64,000 nucleotides of DNA. Origin: Amoebidium appalachense. Taxonomy: Eukaryota; Protista; Ichthyosporea. A program made the translations under genes and the position numbers. Location: NCBI GenBank assembly GCA_963693365.1, contig CAVNZM010000004.1, forward strand, positions 3,273,547-3,337,546, read 5' to 3'. This document shows positions 49,990 through 58,723 of the stretch, in pieces; the stretch's first letter is position 1; the number at the start of each line of letters is the position of its first letter. The notes under the pieces were generated by a model. It was not told the DNA's origin, made no database searches, and saw only the letters and a list, made by a program, of their open reading frames with translations.

Positions 49990-51238
49990 ACCCACCTAAG
50001 TACACTCTGCACCACCCTAAGTACACTGTGGTGCACAGCCCCACCCTAAGTACACGTCTGCACCACCCTAAGTACACTGTGGTGCACAGCCCCACCCTAA
50101 GTACACGTCTGCACCACCCTAAGTACACTGTGGTGCACAGCCCCACCCTAAGTACACTCTGCACCACCCTAAGTACACGTCTGCACCACCCTAAGTACAC
50201 GTCTGCACCACCCTAAGTACACGTCTGCACCACCCTAAGTACACCTCTGCACCGCCCTAAGTACACCTCTGCACCGCCCTAAGTACACTCTGCACAGCCC
50301 TAAGTACACTCTGCACAGCCCCACCCTAAGTACACTCTGCACCACCCTAAGTACACTCTGCACCACCCTAAGTACACGTCTGCACCACCCTAAGTACACT
50401 CTGCACAGCCCTAAGTACACCTCTGCACCGCCCTAAGTACACTCTGCACAGCCCTAAGTACACTCTGCACAGCCCCACCCTAAGTACACTCTGCACCACC
50501 CTAAGTACACCTCTGCACCACCCTAAGTACACTCTGCACAGCCCTAAGTACACTCTGCACAGCCCCACCCTAAGTACACTCTGCACCACCCTAAGTACAC
50601 GTCTGCACCACCCTAAGTACACGTCTGAACCACCCTAAGTACACCTCTGCACCACCCTAAGTACACGTCTGCACCACCCTAAGTACACCTCTGCACCACC
50701 CTAAGTACACGTCTGCACCACCCTAAGTACACCTCTGCACCACCCTAAGTACACCTCTGCACCACCCTAAGTACACCTCTGCACCACCCTAAGTACACCT
50801 CTGCACAGCCCTAAGTACACCTCTGCACCACCCTAAGTACACCTCTGCACAGCCCTAAGTACACTCTGCACAGCCCCACCCTAAGTACACTCTGCACAGC
50901 CCCACCCTAAGTACACTCTGCACAGCCCTAAGTACACTCTGCACAGCCCCACCCTAAGTACACTCTGCACAGCCCCACCACCCTAAGTACACTCTGCACC
51001 ACCCTAAGTACACTCTGCACAGCCCCACCCTAAGTACACTCTGCACCACCCTAAGTACACTCTGCACCACCCTAAGTACCTCTACACCATCCTAAGTACA
51101 CGTCTGCACAGCCCCACCCTTTAAGTACACGTCTGCACAGCCCCACCCTTTAAGTACACGTCTGCACCACCCTAAGTACACTCTGCACAGCCCGACCCTT
51201 TAAGTACACGTCTGCACAGCCCCACCCTAAGTACACTC
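49990..51238. repeat. Variant minisatellite with a near-invariant CCCTAAGTACAC core
   Basis: Roughly 55-60 units (estimated from length) of ~19-25 bp: CCCTAAGTACAC + (T/GT/CT)CTGCAC + (CA/AG/AGCCCCA/CG). Confidence 0.95.
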
Positions 51239-51315
51239 AATGTTAAGTACATCTGCACACAAGCACTAGAATAGCCTGAGGCTACTCTCTAATAGCGGCC
51301 CCTTTTTTCACCGTG

Positions 51316-51963
51316 TCAAGGCCAGTTGATATCTCCATCTGAAGACTCGGAAGACGCCCCAGAGCTGCTGGCTTCACTGGCTCGTGCCCTTTTCTGCTGT
51401 CCCCGTGTCAAGGTCTTGGACTCGGAAGACGAGTACTCCTCAGAAGACGAGTACTCCTCAGGTTCTGACTGCTGTCCCCGTAGCAAGGTCTTGGACAAGG
51501 TCTTGAACCAAGCAGGCACTGGAGGATGGTACTCCTCCTCCGACCCAGAGCTTCTGACTTCCTCTCGTGTCCTCTTCTGCTGTCTTCGTGGTTTCTCCCG
51601 TGTCTTGGACCCCTGTGTGATGTGCAAACGTGAGCGCTGCAGGGGCTGGGGGGCCAAGTCCACGGGATAGGAGCTGCCATGCTCGCCAGCACGAAGTGCA
51701 GGTGCCGCTGCCAGGACAGGGGGTGCCACGGTCAGCGCTGGGGGTGCCACGGTTGCTGCTGGGGGTGCCACGGTTGCTGCTGGGGGTGCCACGGTTGCTG
51801 CTGTAGTGGTGCGCGAAGCCATGCGGGTGTGCCTAGCAAGGGCGCGCGCGAAACGGGCCTGGGTGTCCCGCAGGGCCTTTGCATCCTCCTCCAAAGTCTT
51901 GAGTCTTGTCTCTATTTTTTCAGCGCGCCTTTCTAGATCTTTGATGTCATCTTTAGAACTCAT
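51316..51963 (-). CDS. Coiled-coil protein with TVAPPAA repeats and a Ser/Glu-rich tail
   Basis: MSSKDDIKDLERRAEKIETRLKTLEED... TATA (ATATAAAAG on -, ~52048-52056) and multiple CCAAT boxes lie upstream. Confidence 0.8.
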   Translation of the reverse strand: MSSKDDIKDLERRAEKIETRLKTLEEDAKALRDTQARFARALARHTRMASRTTTAATVAPPAATVAPPAATVAPPALTVAPPVLAAAPALRAGEHGSSYPVDLAPQPLQRSRLHITQGSKTREKPRRQQKRTREEVRSSGSEEEYHPPVPAWFKTLSKTLLRGQQSEPEEYSSSEEYSSSESKTLTRGQQKRARASEASSSGASSESSDGDINWP

Positions 51964-52494
51964 TTTCGTGACAGTTGGATGTACGTTGTGTGCCAAGGGA
52001 GAAGCTAGCTAACATGGAAAAGGTGTGTGGATTGAAGAGAGTATGGGCTTTTATATGCCGTGCCCGGCTTTGGCATCAGATGCTTTATTGCATTAGATTG
52101 GTTGGATATACCCCAGCCGCGACGCTTGATTGGATCTAGAGATCGCGTGAACATCTGATTGGCTAATTGTCATTTAGGCATCTTGGTGTATCCGATAAGT
52201 TGGGGCTCAACCAAATCTGCTGACTGATTGATGAATTCTGATTGGATCTTAAACAAGAGCATGTTTTGACTTGAGAATTGTCATTTTGACAGATTGGATT
52301 GTAATCCGATCTTTGCAAGACCGTCAGTGTTTGAACACAATGTATTTTGATGTAGCAACACCTAAAAAACACGAATATGCTTCCCAACAATTACGAGCAT
52401 TATTCTGTCTATCAGGGATACAAAAATTGGTCAGGAAAAGTACACAATCACATGGTGCGACAGATACAGTTGAACCTACCATCCTTTCCTAAAC

Positions 52495-52650
52495 TTGCCA
52501 ACATGACCACGGGTCATGAAAGGAGCTAGGCTAGTGGCATGGTCATGCAAGATTACAAGAACCTTGGCCTATACCGGCAGAGGCCCGTGGCTGCCCACGG
52601 GCCGCGTACATGAGCGAATAAATATGTTGCGAGCCCCATTGACATCTCTG
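52495..52650 (-). ncRNA. Predicted Fanzor omega-RNA scaffold, overlapping the ORF 3' end and element right end
   Basis: Perfect hairpin GGCCCGTGG-CTGC-CCACGGGCC (52582-52603); hairpin CATGACC-ACG-GGTCATG (52502-52518); alternative pairing of CATGACCA with TGGTCATG (52540-52547) and CTTGC with GCAAG. The position matches known TnpB/Fanzor RNAs. The 5' end is unknown. Confidence 0.6.
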
Positions 52651-54524
52651 TCAATGACCAACCCACAATGTTTACACTTGAACACCTTAGAACCTCCAAG
52701 ACCCTGGTTGATCTGTCCACACCTCCCACACGTTTTGCTGGTGTAGGATTCATTGACAAACACCACTGCAGTTCCCCGTTGCTCTGCTTTACACACCAGC
52801 CGTTGTCGAAACTTGGCATGCTGCCAACCCATCATGCATCGGACGCTCTTGTTGCGAAGTTTCCTCTTGCCCGTAGTACGTGACATACTCCCAGAGTCAA
52901 ACCAAGGAATAACTACCACGTCGAAGTTGGAGGTGAGCCATCCAGCGGCCTTCCAGTGTGCGTCGGCAATTAGGTTCTGAACCCTTCGGCGCATTCGGAA
53001 CAGGGCCTTTCTCATCCGATACCGACTTTTGTGTTTAACAGATGTCTGTGTCAAACGACTTTTCAGCTGGTCCTCACGGTTGAGCAGCCGACTGATGCGT
53101 TTGATGTCCCCGGGAAAAAGGTGTGTGACCTCCTTGTTACAGGGGTCATAGACAGTCTGGAAGGTTCTAATACCAGGATCAAGTGCACATATCCGCCTAT
53201 CGTGTTGTTCGGTTAGAGGGGTTTGGCTATCACCCCCCGGTACCCGATATGTAATTGATAGGTAGAAATGCCCGTCCCTGGTCATCAAGAGCCGCCCATC
53301 TGTTTCCATTTCATCCGGTTGTACTTGCTCCGCAAGTTTCAAATGCCCACCTTCGGGGCACATCGTTGGGGCAAAAATGGCGTGTGTACCATTGAACTTG
53401 GTGAGTGCGCGGGGTATTAGAATTGATTGATATCCGTCCTTTTTGGATCTATACCGGACAAAGACACTGGTTGCCTTTAAACCCCTCTTCTTAGCATAAC
53501 GTGCCTTTGCCTTCTGCGAACCCACGGCCCCGAAAAAATCATCCACCGCGCCGTTACGAAGAAGGTTTGGCACACGCTTCTTGTATTCTTCGCAGTCTGG
53601 AATGCTTTTGTTGTTGACAAATTGCTTGCGATATTCGGTTTTGTCCATGCTTCCCTTCAGGTCGTGAAGACCTACACATTGATTGAAGATCTTCCTTGCC
53701 ACTCCGAAGCATTCGACCAACCATCGCTTTTGTTCCTTTGTTGGGATCACACGGATGAGTTTTGTGCGGACCAAAAGCTCGGTCCTTTCCCGCAAAGCCA
53801 AAACGTTCACTCCACAGGCCACATAATCGTCAAGCTCCGGAGGCCGTCCATTAAGACGATCCTTCAAATAGAGTTTCTGCTCTTTCTTCATGTGTTTCGA
53901 TGCCATGCGCTTTAGTCTTTTGACGTTCCTTTCCGCTTCCCTCTGTTCCATTGCACTTGTTTCCGTACTTGCGACGTCCATGATGCTTACAGACAAAGTG
54001 GGTGGTGACGGCGATAAGGTCTTCCGCGAGTTCATCTGTATTGGACTCGTCTGCGTGATTGAGAACCACGATTTTGACCCCATATGCTTCCAGAATCCAC
54101 CACAGCAGGTCACCGGCGAGTCGACACAGCCTGTCCTTGTGGGCAACCACAATCTCTCTGACATTTCCCTTGCTTGCCCGTTCCAAAATGGACAGCAGTC
54201 CTCTGCGCTTAAAGTTGACGCCACTCCCGACATCAGTGACAATTTCGTGATTGGGACACCGTTCACGCAGATACTGAACTTGCCGGTCGAGGTCCGTGCG
54301 CTGTTTGTGGGATGAGACCCGTGCGTAGGCAACATCAACTCTGTCTGTTCGTGTGTCCGTTTCACACCCGAGCAACGTGTCAATGTCAGAGGTGTTGTAC
54401 AGGCGGACATTGCCTGGTGTTCTAACAATTCGGATGCGTCCCTGGTTTGCCCATCTCCGAAGTGAGGATCCCGATACCCCGTACTTCTTTCTGGATTGAA
54501 GTCCAGATATGTACTTGGTGCCAT
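52569..54524 (-). CDS. tnpB: Fanzor2 / IS607 TnpB-like RNA-guided endonuclease (651 aa from the first ATG)
   Basis: OrfB-type N-terminal motif TKLIRVIPTKEQKRWL...FGVARKIFN; RuvC-I ICALDPGIRTF; VVIP at the canonical Glu position; relocated Glu in VNESYTSKTC; zinc finger CGRC...CKHC; RuvC-III DRDVNGARNI. No stops. Confidence 0.93.
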   Translation of the reverse strand: MAPSTYLDFNPERSTGYRDPHFGDGQTRDASELLEHQAMSACTTPLTLTRCSGVKRTHEQTELMLPTHGSHPTNSARTSTGKFSICVNGVPITKLSLMSGVASTLSAEDCCPFWNGQAREMSERLWLPTRTGCVDSPVTCCGGFWKHMGSKSWFSITQTSPIQMNSRKTLSPSPPTLSVSIMDVASTETSAMEQREAERNVKRLKRMASKHMKKEQKLYLKDRLNGRPPELDDYVACGVNVLALRERTELLVRTKLIRVIPTKEQKRWLVECFGVARKIFNQCVGLHDLKGSMDKTEYRKQFVNNKSIPDCEEYKKRVPNLLRNGAVDDFFGAVGSQKAKARYAKKRGLKATSVFVRYRSKKDGYQSILIPRALTKFNGTHAIFAPTMCPEGGHLKLAEQVQPDEMETDGRLLMTRDGHFYLSITYRVPGGDSQTPLTEQHDRRICALDPGIRTFQTVYDPCNKEVTHLFPGDIKRISRLLNREDQLKSRLTQTSVKHKSRYRMRKALFRMRRRVQNLIADAHWKAAGWLTSNFDVVVIPWFDSGSMSRTTGKRKLRNKSVRCMMGWQHAKFRQRLVCKAEQRGTAVVFVNESYTSKTCGRCGQINQGLGGSKVFKCKHCGLVIDRDVNGARNIFIRSCTRPVGSHGPLPV

Positions 54525-54534
54525 TGTGGGGCAT
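53851..54534 (-). CDS. tnpA: IS607 TnpA serine recombinase/transposase (227 aa)
   Basis: MerR-like HTH GVSGSSLRRWANQGRI...RTPGNVRLY; catalytic YARVSSHKQ...DLDRQ; DVGSGVNFKRRGL; VVAHKDRLCR; ELAEDLIAV. Confidence 0.95.
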   Translation of the reverse strand: MPHNGTKYISGLQSRKKYGVSGSSLRRWANQGRIRIVRTPGNVRLYNTSDIDTLLGCETDTRTDRVDVAYARVSSHKQRTDLDRQVQYLRERCPNHEIVTDVGSGVNFKRRGLLSILERASKGNVREIVVAHKDRLCRLAGDLLWWILEAYGVKIVVLNHADESNTDELAEDLIAVTTHFVCKHHGRRKYGNKCNGTEGSGKERQKTKAHGIETHEERAETLFEGSS

Positions 54535-54821
54535 ACTATAAGGTATAGAAAATATTTGAAGTTGCCCAACATTGGCAGTTTCAGATAACAAGAATAAGTG
54601 TGCCCTTTGTGACACTTGCAGTGGGTTGTTGTTGTTGCCTTTTACAACCACCGCTCTGGACACAAGATCGAACAGCTATCAAATTGACCATATATATGAC
54701 AAAGAAAAACAAGGTTGCCAAAGATCATTGTAGCAGTGCCCTGCACACGGGGCAACTGGAAATACATGTTTTAGGGCTCGTAGCCCACCCAGACAAAATT
54801 ATTTTCTAGTATAAGATAATA

Positions 54822-56207
54822 ATGATAAACATTGACGAGGCCGCACATACTTCGTTTCTCAATGTTACGGATGGATTACCGCGCTTTGCCCCATCAAGCT
54901 CCATTGGTTCCTGGTGTGACAAAGATGCCATTATTGCTTTTTTGAGGACAAAGGTAGCTCGCGTTCTAAATAGCAATGTGTATGTGGTAAAAATCAACAA
55001 GGGGAGACGTACCACTTTTGATTTCCAATCCAGGGAGGCAGTCAACGGGACTCTGTCCGCCATGAGATTCACCTATCCGATTGGGAAAAAAGACGCTGTT
55101 TACTTGGGGAAGGACTATCTATGCGAACCCACAATAACATGGTTCAACGACGCTGTTTTTGACCCGGCTGATCTCAAGTGCGAGAAGGACGAGAACTACG
55201 CCTGCTTCAATACATATGGCGGCATGGCGTTTTCACCTATTGACGGTTTCCGAGTGGACTCACATAAAGTGGGACCCTTTCTCTGGCACCTACACAACAT
55301 TATGGCCAACGGTGACCCCATCATGGGCGGGTTTCTTCTTAATTGGATTGCACATATCATCCAGCATCCAGGACAAAAGCCTGATAGTTGTTGTCTTTTC
55401 AAAAGTGTCCAAGGGACGGGAAAAAACATGTTTTGGAACATATTCAGCAAGTTATTGGGTCCCGCCTTGGTTGTAACCGTGAACAGCAAACACCGATTGG
55501 TTGGGAATTTCAATGCACACCTCGCGGATAAGCTGCTTGTGTTGGTCGATGAAGTGACCTTTGGGGGGGAACACACAGTCAACAACCAGCTCAAAAATAT
55601 GATAACAGACACGACAATGGTTATCGAGCGAAAAGGCATCGACCAAATGGTCCGACGGTCCTGTGAGCGCTACGTGTTTATGTCAAACGAGGACTGGCCA
55701 CTGCGTGTTGAAGCCAGCGACCGCCGCTCTGCCTGCTTTGAGGTCTCACCTGCAAAAGTCAACGACACGGCATACTTCAACAACCTCTGGACACACTATG
55801 AGGATCAAGATGCTCTACACCACCTCTTCCAATTTCTGCACCAACACCGTCCTAATGGGAATCCAATCTTGCTTTATCTCCGCCCACCGAACTCCAAGTT
55901 GAAGGAGCGTCTGAAATCGTTTTCCCGATCTGACTGTCTGTCCTTTTTGAAGGATGTTGTCATGGGGGAGGACAGCTGCGAAAGAATGGCCCTCACCGAC
56001 GGAAAGTTTGTGACAGCAACCGAGATCCACCTTCATCTTCAAGAGTGGATGCGCTTAAACGGCAAGAACCCGCAGACAGCCAGCCTGCGACAAGTGGGCG
56101 AATGCCTCTCGAAGCTTTTCGGGGACAAAGTTAATGGAATGAGTTTGTTTGTCCAGGGGAGGTGTAAGGGGTACCACCTAAATTTTAAGGCCATTTTGAT
56201 GGGGTGA
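54822..56207 (+). CDS. SF3 / D5-like (DUF5906, NrS-1-type) helicase with no recognisable primase domain
   Basis: FLLNWIAHIIQHPGQK; Walker A SVQGTGKN; GNFNAHL; Walker B VLVDE; LKNMIT...IERKG; motif C FMSN; DRR; winged-helix-like C-terminus. Confidence 0.88.
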   Translation: MINIDEAAHTSFLNVTDGLPRFAPSSSIGSWCDKDAIIAFLRTKVARVLNSNVYVVKINKGRRTTFDFQSREAVNGTLSAMRFTYPIGKKDAVYLGKDYLCEPTITWFNDAVFDPADLKCEKDENYACFNTYGGMAFSPIDGFRVDSHKVGPFLWHLHNIMANGDPIMGGFLLNWIAHIIQHPGQKPDSCCLFKSVQGTGKNMFWNIFSKLLGPALVVTVNSKHRLVGNFNAHLADKLLVLVDEVTFGGEHTVNNQLKNMITDTTMVIERKGIDQMVRRSCERYVFMSNEDWPLRVEASDRRSACFEVSPAKVNDTAYFNNLWTHYEDQDALHHLFQFLHQHRPNGNPILLYLRPPNSKLKERLKSFSRSDCLSFLKDVVMGEDSCERMALTDGKFVTATEIHLHLQEWMRLNGKNPQTASLRQVGECLSKLFGDKVNGMSLFVQGRCKGYHLNFKAILMG

Positions 56208-56521
56208 GTAGGATGAGTAGCTTGAGTACCTACTCTTCTGGTCTCCCCCCGGGTGTTCCAATTTCCTTTTGGATTGAGATTTAGGTATACCCGTAGCCAA
56301 CAGTAGATGAGTACGTACTCATCCTACTCATCCTACTCACTATATGACAATTGCATATTTTTATACCTAAAAAGGAAACCTTTACCATATTTGGGTGAGT
56401 AACATCTAGTGGGGGAAACTTGTCTGTGTTACTCAGAATGAGTACCCTGAGTAAGATATTGTTACTCATGAAACAAATAAAAAACCATTAATTTTATGCT
56501 CAGAGTAACTTGAATTACTCA
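56204..56521. repeat. Iteron-like TGAGTA/TACTCA cluster (putative origin 1)
   Basis: About 13 copies in both orientations, beginning at the helicase stop codon. Includes a perfect 17-bp inverted repeat GTGAGTAGGATGAGTAG (56204-56220) / CTACTCATCCTACTCAC (56324-56340). Confidence 0.75.
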
Positions 56522-56564
56522 GGGCAAAGGAAAACGTTGGCTTTTTTATGCCTTAACCTCAACG

Positions 56565-57119
56565 ATGACAGATTCTCGTGGGTGGAAGTGCAACTGGCCG
56601 GAGTGTGGACGGAACTTCAGGCAGAAGGCTCACTTGGAAACCCATCTGCGAAAACACACAGGCACCCTGTTCAAATGTGATTATCCGGAGTGTTCAGCTG
56701 CATATACAACCCCAGCTTCGTTGTCAACACACATGTGGAAACACAAGTCAGAAAAACCCTTTATTTGCAGCGATTGTGGCAAGGAATTTATACATCCAAG
56801 TTCATATCGTGTGCATCAGAGATCGCATTCTGGCGGGAACTCTTTCAGATGTGATTATATGGGATGCAGCAAATCATACCGGCACAAGGCCAGTTTGACC
56901 GTCCACCAAAGAGTGCACACGGGCGTAAGACCATATTCCTGCCATATCTGCGCTGCCACTTTTCATACTCGATCCTCGTGGAGTCATCACGAGCGAGCAC
57001 ACAGACAATTGGTCGAAACAAGCAAAGTTGTGGATGGCATTCCACAAAATTTTATTCTTACGTGCTATGTAGGTGGCACAGGTCTTGCGGAACTCGTGGG
57101 CGCGCTTCCCAGGGAGTAG
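56565..57119 (+). CDS. C2H2 zinc-finger protein (5 fingers)
   Basis: CxxxxC/CxxC...HxxxH repeats with HTG, EKPF and HTGVRPY linkers; intronless. Confidence 0.9.
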   Translation: MTDSRGWKCNWPECGRNFRQKAHLETHLRKHTGTLFKCDYPECSAAYTTPASLSTHMWKHKSEKPFICSDCGKEFIHPSSYRVHQRSHSGGNSFRCDYMGCSKSYRHKASLTVHQRVHTGVRPYSCHICAATFHTRSSWSHHERAHRQLVETSKVVDGIPQNFILTCYVGGTGLAELVGALPRE

Positions 57120-57200
57120 GTAGATGATCTCGAGGAGGTCACGGAATGAAGCCACTGGGGTGAGCTTCCCCACTCCATTGATGCGAAGTTGGCCTCGCGG
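57060..57200 (-). pseudogene. Bro-N-like viral DNA-binding domain fragment
   Basis: LRINGVGKLTPVASFRDLLEIIYLLPGKRAHEFRKTCATYIAR resembles, from memory, the TPV...LLPG..A..FR motif of large-DNA-virus Bro-N-like proteins. It overlaps the 3' end of the C2H2 gene. Confidence 0.5.
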
Positions 57201-57439
57201 GCGAGAAGGGTGGGGGGGATCATTTCTCTGAAAAATAAACAAATTTGTGTGCGCACACACAAGCATGCGCTCGGACGACACGTTGGGTGTGGCCCTGCTT
57301 ATATACGCGTGCTGCACCATCCGGGGCGCAGTCGCACACACACACACGCACTGCGCGATACCTGCATTATTCTCTACACTGCCGCCTATTTTTCTGTACT
57401 GATTCATATAACTGCAGCGACAGAATGTCGCACCCCATG

Positions 57440-57886
57440 TCATGCCAAAGGAAGATCCTTCAAAAAGTCGATTCGCAGAAGGGTTGTTCGTTTTCTCCTT
57501 GCCTCCATCGGGACCGCACGTCCCTCGCCCATGCCCTCCTCCTCCGTCGGATCCCTCGGTGGCAGCAGCGACAGCGTGGTGTCCCAGCGCTCCCAGGTCA
57601 GCCGAAACGACTTGCCCCAATCCAGGTCGATGGTCACCGCATCCCCGGCCCCCTCCAGTGGACACGTTGAAAACACCAGGTGGTTGAGTCCAGTCCTGTT
57701 CGACGCTTCTACAGACTGCAGCGGCAGCATCGTGTCCGACAGCATCGTGTCGCCCTTGCCGAGTCTTGCGTGGAGCTGTAGCGGCTGGCTCGCCACCCTC
57801 CCGGCGCCATTCGAGTCGAACGTCATGTTGGATACAAACAGCGAAAGTCTATTCACGAATAGCTTGAGGTCCTGCTCAAAAGCCAT
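57440..57886 (-). CDS. Hypothetical protein (148 aa, MAFEQDLKLF...)
   Basis: Strong ACCATGG context, TATAAAA ~55 nt upstream, and GC3 bias. Confidence 0.65.
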   Translation of the reverse strand: MAFEQDLKLFVNRLSLFVSNMTFDSNGAGRVASQPLQLHARLGKGDTMLSDTMLPLQSVEASNRTGLNHLVFSTCPLEGAGDAVTIDLDWGKSFRLTWERWDTTLSLLPPRDPTEEEGMGEGRAVPMEARRKRTTLLRIDFLKDLPLA

Positions 57887-58535
57887 GGTCGGTTCTGGTG
57901 CAGATGCAGACTGGCAGCTCCCCGTGTCAGACACACGCTTTTATACCCTCCAGAGTCCCCGCCTGCGTCGGCGCACACTCATTCGCAAGGTGCCAGTTCT
58001 CGAGGCGCTGCACGACCACGAGTGCGCGCTTGCATGTTTCGGTGTGTGTGCGCGCGGGCCCGAATCGGGGTGTGAGGTGCTGAGCGTGCGCTGTTGCACA
58101 AGCATGTGGACGGCAGGTGTGCGACCGGGAGACATTGTGGTGGCGTGCGAGATCAAGCGCGCAGAATCAGGGTGGCGCAAGGTGTCCCTCGAGCTCGAGG
58201 AGGGTGCGTGGACCAGCAACCTGTGCGCGGCTGGGTGCAAGAGGAGGAAGTGGTTTCACTAGGAAGGTGTTTTGGGAGTCGGATGCGCCGACATTTTTCG
58301 GGGGAGGGGCATGCCACACCGAAGAGGTCAGTCCAAAAAGAGGGGTCACAGACGTGCAAGGAAGTACGTGTTTGCCAACGAGTTCATGCCAAAATACCGG
58401 AGGCTGGCCCTTCGACAAATTGTGCGAGTAAAGCGAAAAACACACTGAGATTTATTCTGTCGACATCGATGTTGGAAAAATCACATACCATTATGCACAT
58501 AACCACCCACCCGAATTTGCTCCTAAAGTTTGACA

Positions 58536-58723
58536 ACCCGAGATTACATCAATGACAAATATACGATTCTACACCCCCGAATGAATTCTATCGCTTGCAC
58601 ACGAAACAAGTGACGACCCGAGAAATTACATCAATGACAAATATACGATTCTACAACCCCGAATGAATTCTATCACTTGCACACGAAACAAGTACCCGAG
58701 AAATACATCAATGACAAATATAC
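58536..58723. repeat. ~79-bp tandem repeat, ~2.4 copies
   Basis: ACCCGAGA(AA)TTACATCAATGACAAATATAC... at ~58536, 58616 and 58694. Confidence 0.85.

Larger units (their letters stand above)
52495..54580 (-). mobile_element. IS607-family transposon encoding TnpA and Fanzor2/TnpB
   Basis: tnpA plus a tnpB-like gene. Ends inferred at TT dinucleotides 52495-96 and 54579-80. Both ends carry the related motif TTGCC(C)AACAT. Confidence 0.88.
52377..54773 (+). pseudogene. Small putative His-Me (HNH/EndoVII-like) ORF interrupted by the IS607 element
   Basis: 52377-52496 (MLPNNYEHY...PSFPKL) joins in frame to 54581 onward (SDNKNKCALCDTC...YQIDHIYDKEK). One added A in the A5 run near 54705 would continue it as TRLPKIIVAVPCTRGNWKYMF*. 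Confidence 0.4.

Noticed and set aside
46737-51238. CRISPR array interpretation of the 92-bp and CCCTAAGTACAC arrays
   Set aside because: There are no unique spacers (units are identical or drawn from a few variants) and no cas genes. The RuvC protein is IS607-linked.
54535-54663. Upstream extensions of tnpA (54663) and Fanzor (54572) in the ORF track
   Set aside because: Both use non-ATG starts, and the tnpA extension crosses the inferred element end at 54580.
57990-58262. PDZ-like motif AGVRPGDIVVA in + strand ORF 57189-58262
   Set aside because: The match is short, there is no suitable ATG, and most of the ORF is antisense to the better-supported 57440-57886 gene.
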